Shown: one piece after another, positions 54,089 through 64,000 of the stretch | How the letters are laid out: the number at the start of each line of letters is the position of its first letter | Position numbering within the stretch: position 1 is the first letter of the stretch | Source: Tubiluchus corallicola | Taxonomy: Eukaryota; Animalia; Priapulida | Direction: 5' to 3' | Length of the DNA stretch: 64,000 nucleotides | NCBI GenBank assembly: GCA_030141605.1 | Contig: JAQGDQ010000185.1 | Coordinates: forward strand, 124,001 to 188,000 | Translations under genes and position numbers: made by a program | The notes under the pieces: model-generated | What the model was told of the DNA's origin: nothing | Databases searched by the model: none | Seen by the model: only the letters and a program-made list of their open reading frames with translations

Positions 54089-54673
54089 CCTTGCGTTTAC
54101 TCGACTTCGTGCGGAGCTTCAGAAATTTTAACTTGCTTCCAGAATGGTAAATTGCCCAGTCCGGACTTCAGCAGACTAATTCAACTGAACAAAACTCAAA
54201 TTCGTTCACTCTTGTTATCACCTGATATCTACCAGAAGCTGTTTTACGGAGATACAGTTATCATCAATTACCTGCCTTACAAATGCAGGGCAGAAACTAG
54301 CAAGGATATTATGGTAGGTGAGAACCCAACTGTTTTTACTGATGTGCCGTATGAGAGTGAATCCTGCAACAGTGTCAGTTTTGGTTGTACACAATACGTA
54401 CTTACTGGAAATAATATGCGCTATAACATAAACATCTATACAAAGGATAGAGACCTAGTCAAAGAACACCTTTTTGCTCAAATTTGTTCAACAGCTGTAA
54501 AAAACAAGAGCTACAATATACGCTTTTGCATAGCAGTGCAGGCTCCCGTAACAAGAGAAGACCTTGTTGATATTTTGCAGAAGTTTGGAGCAGTTGAAGA
54601 TAAGTGGCATAATTACACTGATGCACAAATTATTGGTATTATGATTCCAATTAATGAACTTGTGGTAAGTTAA
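54089..54673 (+). CDS. GNAT (NAT16/histidine N-acetyltransferase-like), coding exon 4, C-terminal domain
   Basis: tttaccttgttgcag|CCT TGC; 194 aa to TAA. Motifs LFYGDTVIINYLPY, SVSFG and RYNINIYTKD..LVKEHL resemble the HISAT C-terminal domain. A GTG|gtaagt just before the stop could be an alternative donor. Confidence 0.85.
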   Translation, partial: PCVYSTSCGASEILTCFQNGKLPSPDFSRLIQLNKTQIRSLLLSPDIYQKLFYGDTVIINYLPYKCRAETSKDIMVGENPTVFTDVPYESESCNSVSFGCTQYVLTGNNMRYNINIYTKDRDLVKEHLFAQICSTAVKNKSYNIRFCIAVQAPVTREDLVDILQKFGAVEDKWHNYTDAQIIGIMIPINELVVS

Positions 54674-55099
54674 TAGACTGATGAATTTAAAACGTATCTT
54701 TGATTAGTAAACAGTCTAGGAACTATTTAATGTAATATGTAAAGTGATGATGTATAATTACTTGTTTGGATGTGTTTTCCCAGACAGCACACAATATTAT
54801 CATTATAAGGTGAAAGTATTGTCAGAACTTTGGAAACCTGTACTTTCAAAAAGTGCTATCATTCATGTTGCACCATCTTGGTCCAACTTGAGGTATTTTT
54901 GTCCACCATTTTGATACAACACATTGTGAGACAATATTGAGCTGCAGTCAGCAAGTTGTCAACAAACGCGTAAGGCCAAATTCATAGCAAGGATGCAAAG
55001 AAAATGACGCATGGAATTACTGTCAGAAAAGCAGAAAATTTTCAGAAAATTTCCGCATTTTTCTCCTAATCCCATGCAGCAAGAAAGTTTATTTCACGG

Positions 55100-56770
55100 T
55101 GAAATTACGCATTTTTTCCAGTCTGTTGCAGCATCCAAACAGAATCCAGAAATTCTGGGAGGCTACGCGACCTCTCAATGTGAAGCGGTACGGTATTAGC
55201 ACTTGCCTCTGATAGAGAGTGCTGGCACAGCAATTGTTTATAGTCCATTTTCTTTTTATTATTTGTATTTTCCTTTTTTACTGTTCTTCCCAACAGCATA
55301 CCCTGTCAAAGTGAAATCCAATCTTCCGGGTCTTACCACGAGCAACTAACTTCAGCGGCAGGCACATTTCTAAATATCTTTTCCACTCACTATGATCAAC
55401 ATCAAAAGCTTAGCGATCAGCTGGAAAAATGCTAAAGTTATATTAGTTTTCGTGTTAAAAAGTCAAGATTCCATTTTCATTTGGATTTTTACACTGTTAA
55501 GCCTATTTTTCACACATTTGGTGACCCTGCAAAATTTTTCTTTAAAAAAACATGCCGTAAGAAATTCTGGGAGGGTGCAAAACTTCTCACTCTGTCAGAG
55601 AAGAGAGCAGAGTAATTACTGATAGTCTCGTTACTTTGTCTTCTTTGTATTTCCTTTTTTACTATTCTTCTTGCCCACAACAAACCCTATCAGGGAGAGA
55701 TCCAACCTTCCAAGCCTTCCCATGAGACACCCACTTCAGTAGTATGTATGTATATTTTTAGACATGCTTTTCAACCAACTAAAAGCTCAGAAATCAGGAT
55801 GACAAAATCCAATGCTTACACTAGTTTTCGTCTGCCCATCATTTGAACAGTTGGGTAAAGTTTGGGTTTTCAAAATTTTTAAAATGTAAAATGCATATTT
55901 TGTGACCTTGCAGAACTTTTTTTAAAAACACTGGTCATTAGAAATTTTAGGTGGATGTGAAGCGGTACAGGATTAGTGTTATTTCTGACCAGAGCTACTA
56001 GAGGACGGTGGCTAATACATGTAGTCTATTCATTTTTTTGCTGATCTTCAAGCCAACAACACACCCTGTCAGAGACAGATCCAGCCCCCGACCTTCCCAT
56101 GATAAGCTAATTTCACCAGCAGATACATTTTGGACATTGCCTTTTCAGTTGACTATGATCAAAACGAAACAATGGTTACGTTAGTTTTTATTTGCACATC
56201 ATTTGAAAAGTTATGGCTCCAATTTCCATTTCGCTTTTTGCACTTTTTAAGCCTATTTGGCACACGTTCTGTGACCTTGCAATTTATTTTCCTTTTCAAA
56301 TTCCTGACGTGCCTTTAGACATTTTGGTTATAAAGCTTCGTGACGTGAAGCAGTGCAGGATTAGCGCTTACCTCTAACAGAAAACGGTGGCACGGCAATT
56401 GCTTTTCTTTTTCCTCACGCCCCCAACACCCCCTATCGGAGACAGATCCAGTCTTCCGGGGTTTCCGATGGAAAGCTCATTTCAGTAGCATGTACATTTT
56501 TAGGCACGCTTTTCAGCCGACTGTGAACAACACCAAAAGCTTAGTTATTAGGCTAACAAAATAGCTACATTAGTTTTCGGAACATTTGTACTGTCAGGAC
56601 TGAAGTTCAGGTTGTTGATCAGCTAAAATTTGGCTGATACATGTGCCTTCTCAAGGTAACACTTTTCATGTCAATAGTAGATAAGTGTTTTAAACGACAA
56701 ATTAATGTGGCAGTTGGACACAAAAAATTTAATAAGCAAGCTTGGCCAATGCTTCGCATTCCGGGACTAG
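55100..56770 (+). mobile_element. Helitron/Helentron-like non-autonomous element with four diverged tandem units of about 380-410 bp (5' boundary approximate)
   Basis: Units start near 55150, 55561, 55941 and 56320. They share some or all of gaaattctgg, tgtgaagcggtac, ccct(g/a)tc..gatcca..cttcc, ttcagYRgc, aaaagct and tagttttcg. The 3' end has the hairpin aatgcttcgcatt followed by ggactag|t. Confidence 0.6.
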
Positions 56771-57299
56771 TGAAACCATAGATTTTTTCATTATTACATA
56801 TTTAAAGTAGGCATAGTCTAACTGAAGCTTGGATGATCATTTAAGTTACATATAAGTACATTTAAGTTAGACTATATATTATTCTATATATGTATTTATA
56901 TGTAAGTTAGAATAATATATATATATATATATATATATATTGTTATTATAGTATGCTGTCGAACTTTTGGGATACATAAAAATTTCCACTCCCCTATTTG
57001 TGTTTCCACTGCCATCAGTATTGATTATTTTTGAGACGCCTGAGTATTGATCTCGAAAATGACAATAGGCAATGTATTTGTTTTGTTGCAACTTTGTTAA
57101 AATGTCGCTTTAGCTCAATTAAAATGTCAAAACTATTTTATTTCAATTCAAATAAATTATTTAAAACTCGGTTGTAAAATCCTATGAAATCTTTTAATAG
57201 TAAGACATATATTTGATTTTTCACAGCACAAGAACAAACAACAAGTTAATAATTTGAGGGTGACCCCCAAAAAGCCAACTCCAACACAACAATATCAGC

Positions 57300-57905
57300 A
57301 ACACATGCACAATTATATATATATATATATTAGGCCATTAAAGTGGACTTAACATTAAGTCAGTAGCATTTATGATTTTTCTCATATTTCAACAATTTTC
57401 GTAGAATCTAAAAGACCATAAAAGTAAATTAAAAACTAGTAAAAGATGAGTAAATACGTAAAAAGTAAAACGGCATCTTAAAAAGTTAAGTCTTCATTCC
57501 ATGTCTGTATAAACACGGTCATCGAAAGGCTTGTTTAGAAAACAGTTTTTAGATGAAATGAGATAAATAACGGATGATTACTTATAGCAACATACGTATA
57601 TATTAAGCTTTCACAAAGTAACAAACTAAAAAACAATCCATTTAACAATTATTTCACAAAACAGTAACAAACTAAAAAACAATCCATTTAACAATTATAA
57701 CTCAATTCTCTCTAAAATAACAAACGCAGAATGAGTCACATAACATACATATTATATTATTAGGCCATTGAAACGGACTTAGGTTAAACAGCAACTTTTA
57801 TGATTTCTCGATAGTATTTCAACAATTTCTTCTACATTAACTTGAAGGATCGTAAATATGGATCATAATTTTACAGACAAATGACAATAAATAATGAGTA
57901 AAAAA
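57300..57905. repeat. Two diverged direct copies (about 57300-57460 and 57740-57905) with an internal duplication of about 43 bp at 57610-57698
   Basis: Shared tattaggccatt(a/g)aa..ggactta, tttatgattt and atttcaacaattt; agtaacaaactaaaaaacaatccatttaacaattat occurs twice. Confidence 0.7.
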
Positions 57906-59460
57906 TACAAAAACGTAAAACAAATTATTTCAAACTCAGAAATCAAAATTATAACTTTTAAAGATTTTTTTACATTAGGATGTTTTAGTATCAACATTTA
58001 GTTCTCAGCTAAACTGTCCACGTGACAGATTAAAACACCAAAAGGGCTTCTCTGGTTGACCACACTGCGAGCGCCGATAAAGCGGTGAACAAACGAAAAA
58101 TACTGGCTACTGGTGACAATTATTTTTTACATTAGGATGTTTTAGTACAAACATTACTGGCTACTGGTGACATCTATTTTCAGTTTTTGCAAGCGCTTAT
58201 AAACTTTCCAACAAAATTAATTTTTCGAGAATTTGGGGTCCAGCACGAATCTGTCTTAGGATGTATAAATCATCATATGAGGATGAAAGTTCACAGCAGA
58301 GGAAAAGTTAAGGGATCCCAGAATACGAGTACAAAATAAACTTTATTACATATCCAGTAGTTTCAAAACGAAGGACATGTGAACAGACGTTTGTTAGCAA
58401 ATCTGCAGCATTCACCTTTACAGTCAGAAAGGCCAGGTTGGAATCAGCGAATTACCACATACATTCTGTTTTATAAAGGTACATTTGCATTACTGTGCTT
58501 CTCAACCATACCGATTGTTAACATTAGTGGGTCGGTCAAAATCTGCCTTTAAGATTTAAGAATATTTACTCACAGCTACGAAATACGTAAACTGCTGTAC
58601 AACGAAAATAAATATTACACCTAAATAATAAAGAAGGGCCTATCAATAAACGAGCATCTAATAAATTTTAATTAGACAAAATACCATTAAAAATTTTGTT
58701 TTGGATAGGGCTTGATTTTGCACTAACACGTTTTAGATGTTGCCTAAAAAACTAAACAAAGCGACTGTAGAAGATCATATTATAGAGTTCGAAATAGGTT
58801 ACTACTTTACACTGGCAATACTATTATAACTGCTATTATTAACTCACATAGACTTGTCAAATCTTGCTTTATTGTGAAATGGAGCGAATTATTACATAAT
58901 TAGCCTCTACGATTTATTTAGCTCTTAATTTGCTAACCCTGTGTATATATATATTGCTCTTGCAATTTCTTATTTCATTCTATTTTATTTCACTTTAGTA
59001 CTATATTTGTATTTTATATGGTCTTAGTTACCGAAATAAAAATTCGAATTGGAAAATTTGAATTGAATTGTAGCTTAGTAAGCGAAAACGCTACACAGAA
59101 ATAGGACAACGAAAGTTTGAGATACGGGAAGAAAAATTTCTACAATTATAACGTGTTTGTGCAGGGGCTAGCAAACATAAACCGCTAGCAAATTGCGATG
59201 CAGACAAAATGAAAATAATTTCTATCCTACTTCTGGTCATGAACATTTACAACATAATTATGATTTAAGCGACATTCCTGAGTAATAATGTCATTTTGAG
59301 CCCAACTACTGAAAGATCAAAATTTCGCCTAAATTAAAAGGCCTAAAATTTCGTTCTTTATGTGCACGTTTGTGTGCAGTTCCAAATTCCGTGCAGTTTG
59401 CACATGCCCAAGTTTCTGTTAAAATGGATGGCATCTGGGTTATGGACATTTTCAAATTCG

Positions 59461-59678
59461 CTAATGTAGAGAAGTTGTAATTCCAGGTGTAAAAGTGAAG
59501 GAATGAAGAGACAAGTCTTTGCTGATATAAACTAGCTTTTCCTCTTGCAGCTGACGCCGTCGTTGTACAAAGAGAACTATGGCGGTTGCTAATGTTGTTG
59601 TTATTAGTAATGACATGACTGAAATGCCACTTGACAGCGTTATCCTGTCGACACAGCCTTCTTGCTGAGAGAAATCAC
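59461..59678 (-). CDS. ZP-domain (cuticlin-like) protein, last exon: juxtamembrane Cys, TM helix and tail
   Basis: tttttcttctag|GT GAT..GDFSQQEGCVDRITLSSGISVMSLLITTTLATAIVLFVQRRRQ...SLH*; phase 1 fits the previous exon. Confidence 0.85.
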
Positions 59679-59996
59679 CTAGAAGAAAAAAACAAATATT
59701 AGATGATGATGATGATGGTGGTGGTGGTGATGACGCTAGTGGTAACAGTGGTGGCAACGATACAGATGATGATGACAGTGATGATGGCAATGATGATGAT
59801 GACGACAATTATGGCAGTGATAGTGGTCTTTGGTGATAATGGTGGTGGGATGATATCAATGAGGCAATGACATGGATGGCAGTGATGGTAATGACGACGA
59901 TACTGGTGATGGTGATCGTGATGATGATGATATTTTTTATTATGGTCAAACTAAAAACAATAGCAACACCTCGCTGGCACCATAAATAACATTTAC

Positions 59997-60174
59997 CCTG
60001 TTCTTCTAATTGTTTCTCCCCAAAAAGAAGAAGCTTCACTCCTCGATACACGCTTGTCTGACCAGTAACATTACTTGGACTTCTGATGGCTTGTTCAGCA
60101 TCTACGCTAGCATTTTCCTCTGCGGATCTCTTTCTTCTGCGTTTTCCCGGAGGTCTCTCTGCTGGACATTGTCT
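59997..60174 (-). CDS. ZP-domain protein exon with furin site and external hydrophobic patch
   Basis: ttttgtttcag|RQCPAERPPGKRRRKRSAEE...SVYRGVKLLLFGEKQLEEQ-G|gtaaat; consensus furin site RRKR. Confidence 0.88.
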
Positions 60175-60893
60175 CTGAAACAAAACAAAAAACGAATAAA
60201 CAGGTTAGTCGCTTACAAATGTGATTAAAGGTACGCAACTGCTATTACTTCAATAACATTTTAGTAATACTGCACTGTACATTATACTAAGTTGTACGCT
60301 GTATGTGTAGGACACAAAGTTAGGCATATCTATTAATAAAATTCAGACAAGCTTAAACATAACTCACTCACTTTATTAATACTCACTGCAAAGCAGTTGA
60401 GACCAAGATTCAAAAATATGTGCTAATGCAAACATTATTGGACAGAAGTGCTACATTCAAGTCCATCACCTAAATTTAAAGCTGTTTTTTGAGAATATTT
60501 ATAAAATCGCCGGCAATTTGTGGATTGCTGAAACTTAACCTTTTTTTACTTTTTTAAATTCATAACATTTAAAAAGCTGAACAGCAGCAGTCATTTAAAA
60601 ACGTGTGCCAGTCTCAAAAGAAAGTGCCCTTTTCATCGGTGCATCGTATCCGTCTTATAAACTATCATTTCTATCTTGTACATACACTCAAACAATTGAC
60701 CTCGGCTATAGCCGAGACTCGGTTATAACAAGCGGTCCCTTGAAACTCGTTATAAGCGGATTAACTACAATGGCTTAAGTAACATCTTTCTTACATCTGC
60801 AAACACGTAGGTCAGAAATTTTCTGTGTAATATTTAAAAACCGCAGTACCTTAGTTTGAAACAAATTAATTTCGTTAAAGTATAACAACTTAC

Positions 60894-61059
60894 CTGAGAG
60901 CATTCGCCTTGGCATATGTTTACGTTACACTCGAAGTACACGTTTTCTTTGTCAGGAAATTTAAAAGCTTTGAATATTGCATAAACGTATGTGAACCCGT
61001 CCGTGTTGTACTTCGGGTCATTGTTGAAAAATCCAATTATCTTCCTGTTCACTGGGCAA
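60894..61059 (-). CDS. ZP-domain protein exon, ZP-C
   Basis: catctttcag|T CPVNRKIIGFF...YAIFKAFKFPDKENVYFECNVNICQGECSQ|gtaagt; hallmark AFKFPD..VYFxCxVxxC motif. Confidence 0.93.
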
Positions 61060-61098
61060 CTGAAAGATGAAAACTGTTTTGAAGAAAAAATGTTTTAA

Positions 61099-61253
61099 AG
61101 CGTGTTCAGACTAGCGAGTTTTATCTCGAGAGTTCTTTCTAGGAGTTCCCTCTGAACGAGTTCTGTCGCGAATGTTGGTTACTGAGTGTCAACACACGCG
61201 AGTGTACTCTCAGAGAGAACTCTCGAAAGAAAACTTTCTAGTCTGAACACGTC
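61099..61253. mobile_element. Palindromic MITE (Harbinger-like) in a ZP intron
   Basis: cgtgttcagactag..tcgagagttct ... agaactctcga..ctagtctgaacacg, flanked by taa/tta. Confidence 0.75.
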
Positions 61254-62126
61254 GTTAGTAACCAGGTGCACAGCTGAGATCAATTTGTGTACTTTTTTCA
61301 ATAATTACTTGATCGCGTGACATGCATTGAATGCGAAGATCCTAAAATGCTTGATGATTTAATGTACCTAATTAGCATTGATAATTAGATATTAAAAAGC
61401 TTCAGTTATATTAACATTATCGAAAACTATCAGTATCTCGAACACAAATCTTTTTACAGTTATATTTCTTTTTATTTTGAATTTGTTTCGTACATTTAGA
61501 CGTACTATAAAATAAAGTTATACTATAAAAATTACAATAGAATCTATTAAAATATTTATGTACATACATACGCACCCAGTCAAAAAACAATTACACAAGA
61601 CAGATCATTAAAAAGTACAATACATAGAGGAATAAGACACATAATAAAAGTTACAGACTTAAAAAGATGAAAGATACTGATTGACAATTTGTTGACAGTA
61701 ATTATAACACAAATTGTTGCTATGTTTTTTTATTTTTCTTTACTCTGCTTTAACAAATTAACAAACTTTTTTCCTTTAGCTTGAACTAATTTATATCATA
61801 ATTCTTATCATGTGTCTTTTTTGTGTATTTGTTGTATCGTATAAGAATACGAATAAATGGAATAAATAAATAAATTGCACAATGCAAAATACAATCTGTA
61901 CCAGTAGGTTCATATAATTGTACCATAATATGAAGAGTAAACACACAGTTTATCAATTACATCATAATTACGAATATTAACATTTATACTCGCAGATAAT
62001 TATTAGTAAAGTCTCAATCAGGTAATAGTTAGTGAGATAAATTTAACACAGTGGTCAAAATGGCAGGAGGTATACAATAGTGAACAAAATACCGTTTTTG
62101 CGTTTTTTTTTAATTTAAAGTCTTAC

Positions 62127-62208
62127 CCTTCTCCATCTATGAGTTCCACTCTACCGAGTTGTATGCCGCTGTGAGCATGACAGTCAGTGATCCAAATATC
62201 CCACAAAA
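62127..62208 (-). CDS. ZP-domain protein exon, ZP-C
   Basis: tttgtttgaag|(V)LWDIWITDCHAHSGIQLGRVELIDGE-GG|gtaaga. Joins the next exon to give the LIDxxGCP motif. Absent from the ORF track in this frame. Confidence 0.9.
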
Positions 62209-62824
62209 CTTCAAACAAATGAAAATATTTAAGAAAAGAAAACCTACAAATCTTTTCTTTAAAAATATATCTTTTAAAAATGTATCGCAATTACATGAAA
62301 ATATGACGGGCAAAGCAATTACGACAATACGAAATGCATAACAAAGGTTCCCCGCGTATCCTGAAGACATAATAATATGAAATAAATAATTAAAAAACTC
62401 TTTGTTTCGTATCGAAGGTACAGTATATCATAAAATACAATACAAACAAGTTCACATCTAAAATAAATTACAACATTCACAGTTTGATATTTTATAGCGG
62501 GTTTCTGATATTCAGGTCCTTATAAAATTCATTTTCTGCTAGACGTTTTACATTAACACAATATTCATTCAACGGTGCCTTATAGTTTATACGGCCGGAT
62601 TGGCCTGGCTTATTAATTTTACAGAATACTTTTTACTAAATGCTAGGTCCCTTAAGTCGATTAAATAGTTCAGTGGCATTGTATTACAGAAGTACTGAAG
62701 CAATCTAACACTCTCATTTCTTTTATAATTAAATGATACATAAAGATACCTGCTAAAGAAATCGTAAAACTTAATGCAACGATGAAGTAACGCAAAACTA
62801 AAGGCAGAATCACCATTAGCTTAC

Positions 62825-62976
62825 CGCTTTTCACATAATAGATGACTACAGTGGCAAGTTCCCCCACAATAAGGGTGTTAGTTGGATCATTTCTGGGATC
62901 TTTCCCTTCCACGACTTTGAGGAAAATGTTTGGCATGGCAGCAATAAATGGATCCAGGGTCGTACCAGACACCATG
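62825..62976 (-). CDS. ZP-domain protein exon, linker and start of ZP-C
   Basis: ctacttttcag|C MVSGTTLDPFIAAMPNIFLKVVEGKDPRNDPTNTLIVGELATVVIYYVKS-G|gtaagc; phases 2/1 are consistent with the neighbouring exons. Confidence 0.88.
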
Positions 62977-63082
62977 CTGAAAAGTAGTTTGTTATAAAGC
63001 GTGTGACAGAAGTTAGGTGGTTATTATAATGTCTTAGACTTCTAGTGGCTTGTAGTTCTGAGTCGAAAAGTCAAAGTACTTC

Positions 63083-63160
63083 TGTGGTGTAACAGTTAGC
63101 ATAGCTTCCCGAAAGGAAAAGGTCTAGAGTTCAAGCCCCAGTTGAGATACAGATTTTTCA
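63083..63160 (+). mobile_element. tRNA-derived SINE-like head; second degenerate copy at about 63335-63395
   Basis: A-box-like tggtgtaacag and B-box-like gagttcaagcc / gggttcgagt; no complete cloverleaf. Confidence 0.45.
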
Positions 63161-63918
63161 TGCTTTGTAATTTAGCATTGCTTTCGGGCGTTTACATGTT
63201 TATAAATTCTATTAATTACTTAAATAGCAATTTCAATATTATTTATTCTGAACTGTTAAGGAAGAATTGTGTTTTACTAAGGTTGCAATGCGGTTCTCTA
63301 CTTTTTAATTATTTTAGTTGTTTAATTATTCTCGTCAGAATACTACCCGGAAAGCAAAATGGCTTGGGTTCGAGTAGAGGTGTAAAAAATTCAGGCTTTA
63401 TAACTTAGTATCGCTTTCCTGCGTTTATGTAAGTGCAAATCCGAGTAAAGAATGTTGCATAAAAGCTACAAAAACATATTGTAGAAATCATTTAAGTACA
63501 GTAAAATACGCCAGAAATTTGAGGTCAGCTACATTTTTGTACCAAAATCGGTTTTTATGTTCATTTTTGGCAATTTGGGCGTGTAGTATTAAAAAAGAAA
63601 AGTGCCATTTTTCACATTATCTTCAGCTACCATCTTGGATTTCAATATGACCACCACTGTTATTAAATATCTTAACTGTGACTATTATTGTTATTAGTAT
63701 TTACTTTCCAGGGGGTCTGTCTGTCTTACTCAAATGCAACATTTAAAGCACTCTGATTAAAAAATCTCAATTCCCTAAAATGTGGGGAATTTCTGGTAAA
63801 TAAGTCTTGCTTTCCATTTACCAACTTCATTGTGGATTAAGGACTGGAACAACTTTTTAGAGGCTTACGCCTTTTTTCCATGTGGTAAGAAGCCAGGCAG
63901 GCAATGTAGTCAACTTAC

Positions 63919-64000
63919 GGAACAGTGATCCCAGCAGATACTCGTTTATTGGCTGGTGCCCTTGCTGAATTGCACTTGATGGTGTAAGCTCTGTCAGTTG
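63919..64000 (-). CDS. ZP-domain protein exon, end of ZP-N (truncated by window edge)
   Basis: ..TDRAYTIKCNSARAPANKRVSAGITV-CC|gtaagt; DxAYxxxC motif of ZP-N; phase 2 matches the 62976 acceptor. Confidence 0.85.

Noticed and set aside
62670-62824. Hydrophobic TM-like extension of ORF 62670-62975
   Set aside because: It lies past a canonical GTAAGC donor whose phase matches the next ZP exon; intronic read-through.
63083-63395. Functional tRNA genes (also 1390-1640)
   Set aside because: A/B boxes are degenerate and acceptor and anticodon stems do not form; treated as SINE-derived.

Overview
AT-rich, microsatellite- and transposon-rich, intron-containing animal DNA. It is an invertebrate, most plausibly an ecdysozoan or arthropod (inference); it is not prokaryotic and has no CRISPR or rRNA. 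Four protein-coding genes are supported. (1) The 3' end of a + strand anion-type Cys-loop ligand-gated ion channel subunit: the M4 exon at 1791-1970 plus a candidate 21-nt loop microexon. (2) A convergent - strand type I membrane protein with 5 CUB domains, LDLa, a TM helix and a short tail (LEV-10-type architecture), almost entirely in one 2.6-kb exon (7603-10214); its 5' exons are unresolved in about 37 kb of upstream sequence. (3) A complete four-exon + strand GNAT of the NAT16/histidine N-acetyltransferase type (51002-54673, 338 aa by my splice model). (4) The last six exons of a - strand ZP-domain (cuticlin-like) membrane protein that runs off the window end. The non-coding DNA holds an internally deleted Tc1/mariner element, several MITEs, Helitron/Helentron-like elements, tRNA-derived SINE-like pieces, a probable Deu/Nin-domain SINE, a palindrome with degenerate minimal hammerhead-ribozyme motifs, and twin copies of an element embedded in (TC)n. 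Most short ORFs in the track are simple-repeat artefacts. All family assignments come from motif recognition by eye, not database searches.
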